Shown one piece after another: positions 20,367 through 28,916 of a stretch of DNA of 64,000 bases. The stretch is taken from assembly GCA_007129255.1 (NCBI GenBank), contig SKVW01000014.1, forward strand, positions 166 to 64,165, written 5' to 3'. Origin of the DNA: Bacteroidales bacterium (lineage in GTDB: Bacteria > Bacteroidota > Bacteroidia > Bacteroidales > UBA7960). Both the position numbers and the translations under genes were made by a program. Positions within the stretch are counted from its first letter, which is position 1. Each line of letters begins with the position of its first letter. The notes under the pieces were generated by a model. It saw nothing but the letters and a program-made list of their open reading frames with translations, ran no database searches and was not told the origin of the DNA.

Positions 20367-20430
20367 CTTTCCTGACTTGTCGTTCAGAGTAGTTTCTTTA
20401 TTAAATTTGAAAAAGAGAAACGCAGGAACC

Positions 20431-21312
20431 ATGAAACAATACTCCGGCAAGTCGGGCAATTATATTCTATCCATTCTCCAGGAGCGGGCCAAGGAGCTGA
20501 GATGCCTGTTTGACCTGCATGAGATATTAAAAAACAAGGAAGAGGCACCTTTGCAGGAAATTTTAAATGATCTTGTAAAGATCATCCCGCCCGCTTTTAA
20601 GCACCCTTCCTATTGTAGTGCCAAAATCATTTTTGAGGACCTGGAAGTGAGCAGTGAAGGATTTGAGACTTCCGATATTTTTCATTCCATACCCATCTAT
20701 ATTGAAGACCGGCAGGCCGGGTCGGTAAATGTTTATTACCGCCCGGCAAAGGAGATAGATCCTGTCAGGCCATTTTTAAGGGAAGAGTTACAGTTGCTGA
20801 AAACCATCAGCCATCAGCTGGAATCGTTTATTATAATGCGCAGGCTGAGGAGTTCAATGGATGTACTCGAAAAAAAGAAAGTTCCGGAAGGCATGGAGGA
20901 TGACGCCCGTGGTTTTTTATTTACTGATAAAGATGAACACTGGAGGTGGCGGGAAGAAATGGCCGTATTGATGGCAGAAACTCTCGATATGGAACGTTTC
21001 GGGGTAAAGGCCGTTTACCTGATCGGCAGCACCAAGACCGGGCAGGCCGGACCCGGATCCGACATCGACCTTTTGGTGCACTGCCAGGATGATGAGCTGC
21101 AAAAGGAAAAACTCCGGATATTCTTTCAAGGATGGGGCCTGTGCCTTTCGGAACTGAATTACCAGAAAACCGGCATGAAAACCCCGGGCAGCCTGGTAGA
21201 TCTCCACCTGATCACAGATAAAGATATTGAGAAGAAAACCAGCTTTACAGTAATGCTGGAGTCTCACACCAACTCCGCCAAATTATTAAGAAAAGCCCGG
21301 CACGATGAATGA
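20431..21312 (+). CDS. GAF-like sensory module fused to a Pol-beta-type nucleotidyltransferase domain
   Basis: The track start 20377 is TTG; ATG 20431 gives MKQYSGKSG. The N-terminal ~170 aa carry the ERAKELRCLFDLHEIL..IPPAFKHPSYCSAKIIF..GSVNVYY..PFLREELQLL pattern I know from sensor-kinase input modules. The C-terminus has the NTase motif LIGSTKTGQAGPGSDIDLLV plus a downstream VDLHL Asp. Confidence 0.7.
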   Translation: MKQYSGKSGNYILSILQERAKELRCLFDLHEILKNKEEAPLQEILNDLVKIIPPAFKHPSYCSAKIIFEDLEVSSEGFETSDIFHSIPIYIEDRQAGSVNVYYRPAKEIDPVRPFLREELQLLKTISHQLESFIIMRRLRSSMDVLEKKKVPEGMEDDARGFLFTDKDEHWRWREEMAVLMAETLDMERFGVKAVYLIGSTKTGQAGPGSDIDLLVHCQDDELQKEKLRIFFQGWGLCLSELNYQKTGMKTPGSLVDLHLITDKDIEKKTSFTVMLESHTNSAKLLRKARHDE

Positions 21313-22168
21313 CCTCTGTTTTTTTGTTTCAGACCTTCATGGGAAAGTTTCAAAATATGAAAAGCTTTTATTACAAATAGCTGCAGTCAGCCCAAGGGCG
21401 GTTTTCTTTGGAGGGGATTTGCTGCCTGGAACCGCCATATTTGGTGCCGGCAAAACAGATCCTTACCCCGATTTTGTCAATGATTACCTTGGCAAACAAA
21501 TGGCTCTTTTGCGGGAAAAAATGGGGGCATCCTTTCCTTTGGTTTTTATCATTCCCGGCAACGACGATCCCAGGATGGAAGAAGCTTCCTTTCTGAAACA
21601 TGAAAAAGCCGGCTTATGGCATTACATCCATAATAAGGCCTTTAATCTGGATGGATTTACCGTATACGGTTATGCTAATGTGCCGCCAACCCCTTTTATG
21701 CTTAAAGACTGGGAGCGGTATGATGTTTCAAGGTTCGTTGACCCGGGTTGCGTGCATCCCACTGAAGGATTCCGTACCGTTAAACCGGAGGAAGATGTTG
21801 AGTTCGCCACCATTCGTGAGGATCTTAATAAATTGGCCGGGGATAAAAACCTTGATAGATCGGTTTTCCTTTTTCATTCGCCTCCATACCAGACTTACCT
21901 TGACCGGGCGGCCCTGGATGGGGTAATGATCGATCATGTTCCGGCAGATGTGCATGTGGGAAGCATTGCCATCAAAGAATTTATTGAGCAGCGGCAGCCT
22001 TTGCTTACCCTGCACGGGCACATCCATGAATCCGCCTCCATTACCGGTTATTGGAAGCAGCAAATGGGAAACACCTGGGCTTTGTCTGCTGCCGGCAATG
22101 CGCCGGGACTTTCCCTGGTCCGGTTTAACCTCCGCGACCCCGGAAATGCAGAACGCTGTATTTTGTAG
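21305..22168 (+). CDS. Calcineurin-like metallophosphoesterase
   Basis: 287 aa with motifs FFVSDLHG, GGDLLPG, IIPGNDDP, FHSPPY and LHGHIHES. It overlaps the upstream NTase gene by 8 nt (ATGAATGA). Confidence 0.75.
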   Translation: MNDLCFFVSDLHGKVSKYEKLLLQIAAVSPRAVFFGGDLLPGTAIFGAGKTDPYPDFVNDYLGKQMALLREKMGASFPLVFIIPGNDDPRMEEASFLKHEKAGLWHYIHNKAFNLDGFTVYGYANVPPTPFMLKDWERYDVSRFVDPGCVHPTEGFRTVKPEEDVEFATIREDLNKLAGDKNLDRSVFLFHSPPYQTYLDRAALDGVMIDHVPADVHVGSIAIKEFIEQRQPLLTLHGHIHESASITGYWKQQMGNTWALSAAGNAPGLSLVRFNLRDPGNAERCIL

Positions 22169-22217
22169 AGTTTATTAAAAGGCCCGGTTTTGCGGGAAAT
22201 CTTTGTGCAGATTCCCG

Positions 22218-22225
22218 TAATTTTG
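22218..22225 (+). promoter_or_regulatory. -7 box TAATTTTG upstream of the TPR gene
   Basis: Exact TAnnTTTG match 30 nt upstream of ATG 22255. It lies just upstream of the track's TTG start at 22234, which favours the ATG. Confidence 0.45.
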
Positions 22226-22254
22226 TATATTGATTGTTTATAAAAAAAAGATCC

Positions 22255-24498
22255 ATGCTCTCTCAGGAAATAACCAAGAATTATCAAAACATCTGCAAAT
22301 TGCTGCATCGCCGTCGTCTTTCTGATGCTGCGGTATTGTTGCGTAAGCTGGTTACCCAAAGCCAGAAAGAGTTTTTAAATGAACAACTGGATGAACTTTT
22401 GCATACCTACAAAAACCTGTTGGAACATTCTTTTTCAAAGGTTAAGGATCCGGAACGGGAACGGGTTTACCTTTACCTGATCCGCAGCATGCTTGAACTT
22501 GCCGATGAGTTACGGGAGTTTTTGCTTACCGAAAATGCCACCAATAATACCTATCGTCTTAAACGGGAACTTACAAAGCAGGGGAAGATCGAAAGAACCG
22601 AAGCCCTGAATATTCTGGAGAACATCACCTTTGACCGTGAGCTTGCCGGTATTTTAAAGGATGTTACCCTGGAGGAAAGCAGCGATCTGCCTACAAGAGA
22701 AGAAGCCCTGCAGAAAGTTTTCAATATCATATGGCTTACCGATAAATATTCCGATACCGAAATGGAATTGCTGGAAGCAGTTTGCGATTCCGAAAAATTG
22801 CCCTGGCACGACAAATCCTTGGTGGTTAGCGCATTAACCCTCAGCTTGCTGCGGTTTTTTGATGTACACAAGTTTTTGCTCTTGTTCCGCTTTGTGAACA
22901 AAAAACAGGAACTGGTCTGGGAAAGGGCCATGATCGGGCTGTTTATAGGATTTCTGAAATACAATGACCGCTTTTATCTCTATCCTGTTTTGGAGGAGAA
23001 AACCCTTGTGCTGAAGGAATTCCCCCAGATTGAACAGCATATTGAAGCTATTCTGATTCAGTATACCAAATCCAGGGAAACGGAAAAAGTGAAAAAGAAA
23101 TGGGAGGAAGAGATTCTGCCAGAAATGATGAAGATGCGCCCCAAAATAGAGGAAAAGCTGGATTTGGACAACATTTTCCAGGAGGAGTTTGGGGAGGAAA
23201 AAAACCCCGACTGGGAAACTGTATTTGAAGATGCCCCGGACCTTCTGGATAAGTTGCAGGAGTTTACAGAAATGCAGATGGAGGGTATGGATGTTTTCAT
23301 GAGTGCCTTTTCACAGCTGAAAAACTTTCCGTTTTTCCAAGAGATCAGCAACTGGTTTGTGCCCTTTTACTCCGAGAATCAGTCTATCCGCCATATTATC
23401 AAAGAACCCGGCAAGGACATTGACCTCACCCCGCTTGTGCAAAAGTTGGAATCTACTTATTTTATGTGTAATTCCGACAAGTTTTCTTTCTGCCTGAATT
23501 TAGGGCTGGTACCCGATCAGCAGAAATCCATGATGATGAATATGCTCAACGCCGAAATGGAAAATATTTCCGAGCTGGAAAAAGATGAAACCCTGCTCAA
23601 CAGTTTTGCCCGCACCAAAAGCGTTTACACCCAGTATTTCCAGGATCTGTACAGGTTTTTTAAACTTCATCCCTGGCGGCGGGAGTTTGATGACATTTTT
23701 GATATTGAACTTGACCTTCATGAAACATTCTTTGTAAAACATTTGGTTTCAGACAACAAAACCATCCGCAATATTGCAGAATTCTTTTTTGATAAAAAAT
23801 TCTATCCCGATGCCCTGAAGGTATTTCTTAACATTCTGGAAGAAGACCAGAGCAATATTGAGCTTTTTGAAAAAATTGCATTTTGTTATGAAAAAACCGG
23901 TGATTTTGCCAAAGCTTATGAATATTATCAGAAAGCCGATCTGATTGAATCCGACCGCTTGTGGATCATTAAAAAGCTTGCATACTGCTGCAAGTTTCTC
24001 AACAGATGGGAAGATGCCCTGAGGTATTATCGGCAGGCAGAAAAGCATGATCCGGAAGATTTAAAGATTCAGGCCAACATCGGGCAGTGCCTCATCCACC
24101 TTGAAAAATACCAGGAAGCCCTGGATTATTATTTTAAGGTGGAAGTGCTGGCCCCCGAAAATCACCGGATCCGGCGTCCCCTGGCCTGGTGTTCATTTTT
24201 GATTGGCAAGCTTGATACAGCCAAAGACTATCTTACCCGCCTGCTTGCCAATGAACCTTATAACCGCTACGACTTGCTGAATCTTGGCCATGTGCTGTGG
24301 AGTTTGGGAGAGCCGAAGAAAGCATTTGACATGTATTTGAAAAGCATTCTTTCCTGGAAAAATATCAGGGCTTTTGAGTCCTCGTTTAACGATGACCGGC
24401 AGCACCTGCTCGAAAAAGGAATTTCTTCTTTTGATATGGACCTGATGCTGGATTACCTGAAAATAGAGGTAAGGCAAAGGCAAAGAACCAAATCCTGA
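22255..24498 (+). CDS. Large tetratricopeptide-repeat protein of unknown function
   Basis: The start is moved to ATG 22255. The C-terminal ~230 aa show TPR-like repeats (AFCYEKTGDFAKAYEYYQKA; ALRYYRQAEKHDPED; ALDYYFKVEVLAPEN). I do not recognise the N-terminal ~500 aa. Confidence 0.7.
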   Translation: MLSQEITKNYQNICKLLHRRRLSDAAVLLRKLVTQSQKEFLNEQLDELLHTYKNLLEHSFSKVKDPERERVYLYLIRSMLELADELREFLLTENATNNTYRLKRELTKQGKIERTEALNILENITFDRELAGILKDVTLEESSDLPTREEALQKVFNIIWLTDKYSDTEMELLEAVCDSEKLPWHDKSLVVSALTLSLLRFFDVHKFLLLFRFVNKKQELVWERAMIGLFIGFLKYNDRFYLYPVLEEKTLVLKEFPQIEQHIEAILIQYTKSRETEKVKKKWEEEILPEMMKMRPKIEEKLDLDNIFQEEFGEEKNPDWETVFEDAPDLLDKLQEFTEMQMEGMDVFMSAFSQLKNFPFFQEISNWFVPFYSENQSIRHIIKEPGKDIDLTPLVQKLESTYFMCNSDKFSFCLNLGLVPDQQKSMMMNMLNAEMENISELEKDETLLNSFARTKSVYTQYFQDLYRFFKLHPWRREFDDIFDIELDLHETFFVKHLVSDNKTIRNIAEFFFDKKFYPDALKVFLNILEEDQSNIELFEKIAFCYEKTGDFAKAYEYYQKADLIESDRLWIIKKLAYCCKFLNRWEDALRYYRQAEKHDPEDLKIQANIGQCLIHLEKYQEALDYYFKVEVLAPENHRIRRPLAWCSFLIGKLDTAKDYLTRLLANEPYNRYDLLNLGHVLWSLGEPKKAFDMYLKSILSWKNIRAFESSFNDDRQHLLEKGISSFDMDLMLDYLKIEVRQRQRTKS

Positions 24499-24716
24499 AA
24501 AAAGTTCGTTTTTTTTTGTTACCTGCGCAGCGTTTCCGCTTTTTGATTCGTCTTGTTTATGTGACCCGAAAGTTTATCAGGCTCATAAGGCGGAAGGATC
24601 ATGTTTGTCGTTCTTTAAAGTAAGGTCACAAAATACAGCACCTTCTGCCCGGATGCCGGGAATGTTAACAAAATTCATCGTTCCTTTTTTATTGGAAAAT
24701 ACAATGCCGGATTTTA

Positions 24717-24756
24717 CCCCCTGGCAGGTTTTGCCGGGGCTTTTTCTCCTTTTTTC
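24717..24756 (+). terminator. Terminator-like hairpin inside the ORF-free gap
   Basis: CCCC(C)TGGC pairs with GCCGGGG (4+3 bp with a bulge), followed by CTTTTTCTCCTTTTTT. Confidence 0.35.
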
Positions 24757-24789
24757 CTAATATTTTCCGTTTTTTCAGGTTTTGTATTT

Positions 24790-24914
24790 GTTTCAGGGTA
24801 TACGGTAGTGGCCGCGGAAAACTTCAAATGCCACCAAAATGGTTCAGAATCAGAAGCTGATAAGCAACATTGACCAATTTCAACTAACCCGCGGCCATTG
24901 CCCTGAAACTTTTT
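24790..24914 (+). ncRNA. Candidate structured RNA or MITE-like element (long-range inverted repeat)
   Basis: GTTTCAGGG (24790-24798) pairs with CCCTGAAAC (24901-24909). TAGTGGCCGCGG (24806-24817) pairs with CCGCGGCCATTG (24889-24900). Together they enclose ~71 nt containing three small hairpins, followed by CTTTTTG. I recognise no Rfam family. Confidence 0.3.
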
Positions 24915-24982
24915 GCTTACGGATTGTTTCTTTTGTTAATCATATAAAAAGATCCGTTTGGGATACGTGCTTTTTGCAACTT

Positions 24983-25003
24983 ACCCGGGCGGGTCTTTTT
25001 TTT
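24983..25003 (+). terminator. Weak terminator-like element (ACCC-GGGC-GGGT then T8)
   Basis: A short GC stem is followed by an 8-T run, about 90 nt upstream of the next gene. Confidence 0.3.
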
Positions 25004-25095
25004 ATAAAACAATAACAATGGCTTCAAACAGTGAAAAATGCAGAAAGATAGGAAAAGGAGGTTGCTGCGTTTGTTAGCTTTTTATCTTTTATTAA

Positions 25096-25896
25096 ATGAA
25101 AAATTTGGTTAGAAAGTTTTACTTTTTATTTCTTTTTCCTGCTTTTTTGCTTTCAACTTTTGGAAGTTGCCAAAAGGAGGAAGCCATAGATGATATCCCC
25201 TTGCCTCTTTTGGTTGAAGTAAGGGAAAGGTTTGCCTCCCCCGAAAGAATTTTTATGCTCAAGGTGCAAACCCTTGAAGACTATCCTTGTGAAAATTTTC
25301 TTATTCTCTATTCTTCTCATAAACCCTTCGGAATCAGGGATATTGTTTTTGAAGGGATTGAAGTTCCCCACATATGTATTACCAATTTTGCCCCGGCCAG
25401 GGCCGACATCCTGCTTGACGATCTTGTAGAAGGCCGCAATCATATCCGGTTTTTTATTAACCAGGATGAAATGTTGACCTTTTTTGACCTGGAAGAAGAC
25501 GTGCTCAATATCAGCATTTCGGGAAAAGAAACCCCCTTTTTGAAATTCCGTGAAAAAGTGATTCACAGGGTGCCTTCAAATTTTATATGGGGCTTTACTT
25601 CACAAAAAAGCAATGCCGAAGTTGACCATCATGATGATTTTTTTCAGCTGGTACTTGACCACGGTGCCAAAGCACATGAGCTGGAACCTGGCAATTATGG
25701 TTTTTTCAGAATGACTGAAGACAAGGAGCTGGAGATCTTTCGGGCAGAGGATATATGGCTGCCAAACTTTTACAAAGGATTTGTTTTTTCCTACGATGGG
25801 GAATTTGATACGCTCAGGCAATTGGCAGATAACTTTCATGAAACCCTCATCATAGAAATATGCTCTGGTGAAGGGGATGTTTATCACAATCAATAG
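25096..25896 (+). CDS. Lipoprotein of unknown function
   Basis: 266 aa. MKNLVRKFYFLFLFPAFLLSTFGSC is a signal peptide with a lipobox Cys. I recognise no domain. Confidence 0.6.
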   Translation: MKNLVRKFYFLFLFPAFLLSTFGSCQKEEAIDDIPLPLLVEVRERFASPERIFMLKVQTLEDYPCENFLILYSSHKPFGIRDIVFEGIEVPHICITNFAPARADILLDDLVEGRNHIRFFINQDEMLTFFDLEEDVLNISISGKETPFLKFREKVIHRVPSNFIWGFTSQKSNAEVDHHDDFFQLVLDHGAKAHELEPGNYGFFRMTEDKELEIFRAEDIWLPNFYKGFVFSYDGEFDTLRQLADNFHETLIIEICSGEGDVYHNQ

Positions 25897-25897
25897 T

Positions 25898-25924
25898 ACA
25901 AAGCTTTATTAAGGCTTTGTTTAT
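25898..25924 (+). terminator. Possible terminator hairpin after the lipoprotein gene
   Basis: ACAAAGC (25898-25904) pairs with GCTTTGT (25914-25920), but the T tract is short (TTAT). Confidence 0.3.
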
Positions 25925-25993
25925 GGGTTTAACGTTCTTTGAAGCTTTAGATCAGGTGCTTATGGGGCTTGTTATTCAATTTAAAAGAATTAT

Positions 25994-26001
25994 TATCTTT
26001 G
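25994..26001 (+). promoter_or_regulatory. -7 box TATCTTTG upstream of the ECF sigma gene
   Basis: Exact TAnnTTTG match 22 nt upstream of the TTG/GTG start at 26023/26026. Confidence 0.45.
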
Positions 26002-26022
26002 TTTCAGGCAAAGACTTTTTAA

Positions 26023-26574
26023 TTGGTGAACTCCCTGAAAAAAATATTGAAAGGTTGCCTGAAAAACAATAAGGCAGACCAGTATAAACTATACAGCTTG
26101 TATTCTCCAAAGATGTATGGTATATGCCTTCGTTATGCCGGTAGTACCGATGAGGCCCAGGATATTTTACAGGAAGGCTTCATCAGGATATTTCAGCACC
26201 TCCCTTCCTTTAAAGGCAAAGGCAGTTTTGAAGGCTGGATCAAAAGGATCATGGTCAATACTGCCATTGAAAAATACCGGGAAAGGGTTTATCATTTATC
26301 GGTTGACAGCATATCGGAAAATGGTAATTATTTTACCGATAATCATGCCCTGGAGTTGCTTGAAGTTAATGATGTGCTGAACCTGTTCCAGGAATTGCCG
26401 GATCAGTATCGACTGGTATTTAACCTTTATGCAATGGAAGGATATGCGCACAAAGAGATCGCTGAGATGTTGAATATTTCCGAGTCGACCTCAAGGTCGA
26501 ATTTGGCGAGGGCGCGAAGCCTGCTTCAGAAAAAGATAACCAGGGAATTGGTAATAATAGAAAAGGCCATTTAA
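26023..26574 (+). CDS. RNA polymerase sigma-70 factor, ECF subfamily
   Basis: 183 aa with region 2 (MYGICLRYAGSTDEAQDILQEGFIRIF) and region 4 (YRLVFNLYAMEGYAHKEIAEMLNISESTSRSNLARAR). The start is TTG 26023 or GTG 26026, because no ATG lies upstream of region 2. Confidence 0.85.
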   Translation: MVNSLKKILKGCLKNNKADQYKLYSLYSPKMYGICLRYAGSTDEAQDILQEGFIRIFQHLPSFKGKGSFEGWIKRIMVNTAIEKYRERVYHLSVDSISENGNYFTDNHALELLEVNDVLNLFQELPDQYRLVFNLYAMEGYAHKEIAEMLNISESTSRSNLARARSLLQKKITRELVIIEKAI

Positions 26575-26586
26575 ACACTAACAAAA

Positions 26587-27951
26587 GTGGAAAATTATTT
26601 TTTTGATAGGAAAGTCAGAAAAAAATTCAAGGGTTTTTCGCCAGAACCTCCTGTTGGTTTGTGGCAAAAGATAGATGAAGGTTTAAACAATAAGCCTGTG
26701 AAACGGTTGTTTCCGCTTTATTTAAGGATAGCTGCCTCTGCAGCCGTTTTGGTTTTTGGTGGCCTTTCCGTATGGTATATGCTTGGTGATCGGAGCCAGG
26801 AACCGGTTCTTACCGATCTTTTTGTATTGCCGCAAAGCACCGTGGCAACCGTTTCGTACCAAGCTACTGCAACTCCTGATTTGCTCAAAGAAAGGGAAGA
26901 AAATCTTTTTGCAAAAGTCCATAATGCAGAATCAACGCAGAAGCAGGAAAAAGATCGTACTCTGCAGGAAGAAGAATCTCTTCTGCGTTCGCAACGCCGG
27001 TCCATGCTGAGCTTTTCGTCATTTGATTCCCCCTCCCTTTCAATTAAAAGCAAAACCATATCCCTTCCTGAATCCGGGGAAGAGCCCCTTTCCGGCGGTT
27101 TTTCCGAAATTCTGGCCGAAGAAATTCTTTTGGCTTCTGCCATTGACCAACCTGCTGGTGATTTCTCATTAAGTCTGCATTTTGCCCCACAGTATAACTA
27201 TCGTTACCTTTCTCCTCAGGGTGAATTTGGTTTTATGAATATCCCTTTTCAAAATCTTGAAGAAGAGATCAACACCTACAGCTTCGGGGTTTCAGGTTAT
27301 TTTAATATATCACGCAGATTGGCCGTGCAAACCGGCTTACATTACCTGAATATTGGTCAGTATGTCAGCGATATTATGTCGTTCGGGCATATTCATAAAC
27401 AAGCCATTTATGAGCTTGATACCAATCGGCCCTTCTCGCACCCTCAAACCATAATGACCTCACAAGGCACAATAAGGTTAAGTGATGCTTCCCTTTATTT
27501 TGCTGACAGTCAGTCTTTCCGTGTTATGACCAATAAACAGGCTTTAGGGTTTGATGATCCCAAATTTTTGCGACAAAGAGAAAAGGGGCTGACACAGCAT
27601 TTCGGATACCTGGAAATTCCCCTGGTATTTCGGTACATGGTTTTTGAAAACCTTGTGGGCATTCACCTGAAAGGAGGAATCACCGGTAACTATCTTGTTA
27701 AAAATGAGGTATTCCTTGGAAGGGATACACAGCAGCAACCTATTGGGGAAACCCATGGTTTGAGAAATGTTAATTTTTCAGCCCTTGGAGGTTTTGTGAT
27801 GTCGCTGCCCATTTCCGGGAAAATGACTCTGAACCTGGAGCCCACTGCCCAGATTTTCCTCCATCCGGTTTCCAGGGATGAAAGATTTTTGGATGGCAAA
27901 GCCTTTCCGTATAATTTTTCCCTTTATTCAGGAATTTCTTACCGGTTTTAG
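26587..27951 (+). CDS. Putative anti-sigma factor: cytoplasmic N-terminus, one TM segment, and a C-terminal outer-membrane beta-barrel-like domain
   Basis: 454 aa with a GTG start 13 nt after the sigma gene. It has one TM segment (LRIAASAAVLVFGGLSVWYML). The C-terminal ~270 aa show alternating-hydrophobic strands (GYLEIPLVFRYMV, HLKGGITGNYLV) and end in an aromatic residue (SGISYRF), like OMP_b-brl/PorT-type barrels. Confidence 0.55.
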   Translation: MENYFFDRKVRKKFKGFSPEPPVGLWQKIDEGLNNKPVKRLFPLYLRIAASAAVLVFGGLSVWYMLGDRSQEPVLTDLFVLPQSTVATVSYQATATPDLLKEREENLFAKVHNAESTQKQEKDRTLQEEESLLRSQRRSMLSFSSFDSPSLSIKSKTISLPESGEEPLSGGFSEILAEEILLASAIDQPAGDFSLSLHFAPQYNYRYLSPQGEFGFMNIPFQNLEEEINTYSFGVSGYFNISRRLAVQTGLHYLNIGQYVSDIMSFGHIHKQAIYELDTNRPFSHPQTIMTSQGTIRLSDASLYFADSQSFRVMTNKQALGFDDPKFLRQREKGLTQHFGYLEIPLVFRYMVFENLVGIHLKGGITGNYLVKNEVFLGRDTQQQPIGETHGLRNVNFSALGGFVMSLPISGKMTLNLEPTAQIFLHPVSRDERFLDGKAFPYNFSLYSGISYRF

Positions 27952-27997
27952 GTTACTTTTTTTATTTCTCTTTGTGTCGGGATGTTCTCCGGCTAAT

Positions 27998-28741
27998 TTA
28001 CAAAGTACCAACCGGCATCAGGTACAGCACATCGTACTCTTCCCCAAGTTGCAGGATGCTTTCCACTTCTTCGTCCCGGTATGCGCCAATAACCACCGTA
28101 CCCAGTTCAAGGGCTGCAGCCTGAAGGTGCAGGTTTTGTGATGCATGACCGATTTCATTGTAAACATAGCGTCTGCCCCGTTCACCATAGCGGTCGGTGG
28201 TTCTTTCGAATACGGCAGCAAAAATAAAAACGGCGCCTCCATCGGCTACCATCGATTGGCTTAAAGCTGCCCTGGCGAGCTCATCCCCGATGTCGGTTTC
28301 CCTTATAAACGCTAGTTTATGCTCATGGGGATGGTAATGATATACCCCCTTTTTCAATTCCTCCACATTATTCACTACAACAAACATTTCAAGGGGAAAG
28401 GTAGCGCCTGCAGAGGGAGCTGTTCGAAAGCCTCTTTCTTCTTGTGTAATGCCCTGGGCCGACCATAATAGTTGAGAAACCTGCTCAAGTGTAAGGGGGT
28501 CAGTGGCATAGGTTCTGATGGACCGGCGCAGTGTCAGGGCTTTTTCCAGGCTCATGTCTCCGTCTTCCACTGGCTCGGGTAATTCAATCCTGTTACCGGG
28601 GCTTAAGTTTAAATTTTGACGATTCATTTCCATAATGGTTTCATTTGGTTGTGGGGTTACCGTGCGTGATGAGATCTTAAAAACAATGGCAACAACCCCA
28701 ATGAAAGCAAAAACCGCAAGGATATACACATATTTTTTCAT
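27998..28741 (-). CDS. SagB/ThcOx-type nitroreductase-family dehydrogenase with an N-terminal membrane anchor
   Basis: 247 aa. The N-terminal TM is MKKYVYILAVFAFIGVVAIVF. The body has ALTLRRSIRTYATDPL..LWSAQGIT..RTAPSAGATFPLE..YHYHPHEHKL, a pattern typical of the SagB-type subfamily. Confidence 0.7.
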   Translation of the reverse strand: MKKYVYILAVFAFIGVVAIVFKISSRTVTPQPNETIMEMNRQNLNLSPGNRIELPEPVEDGDMSLEKALTLRRSIRTYATDPLTLEQVSQLLWSAQGITQEERGFRTAPSAGATFPLEMFVVVNNVEELKKGVYHYHPHEHKLAFIRETDIGDELARAALSQSMVADGGAVFIFAAVFERTTDRYGERGRRYVYNEIGHASQNLHLQAAALELGTVVIGAYRDEEVESILQLGEEYDVLYLMPVGTL

Positions 28742-28916
28742 TTTCCCTGAATTTTAAGGTTAGTCCTATCAAAGTTATAAAGCTTTTGGCAGAAAACCTT
28801 AAATATTTGCTTTATTGTAAAAGGCAAGAACCGCTTGCCAGAGCCCTTTCTGCCGGGTTGATGCAAGGTAGGTAGCAGCCGGCATCCAATAAAATTTAGA
28901 ATCAGTATAAATAGGG

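Noticed and set aside
24839-25015. 58-aa plus-strand ORF (MVQNQKLISNIDQFQLTRGHCPETFC...) inside the ORF-free gap, just under the track's length cutoff
   Set aside because: It starts inside the long-range helix and contains the T8 terminator-like element within its last codons. I see no signal peptide or recognisable motif. It is kept only as an alternative explanation under the gap finding.
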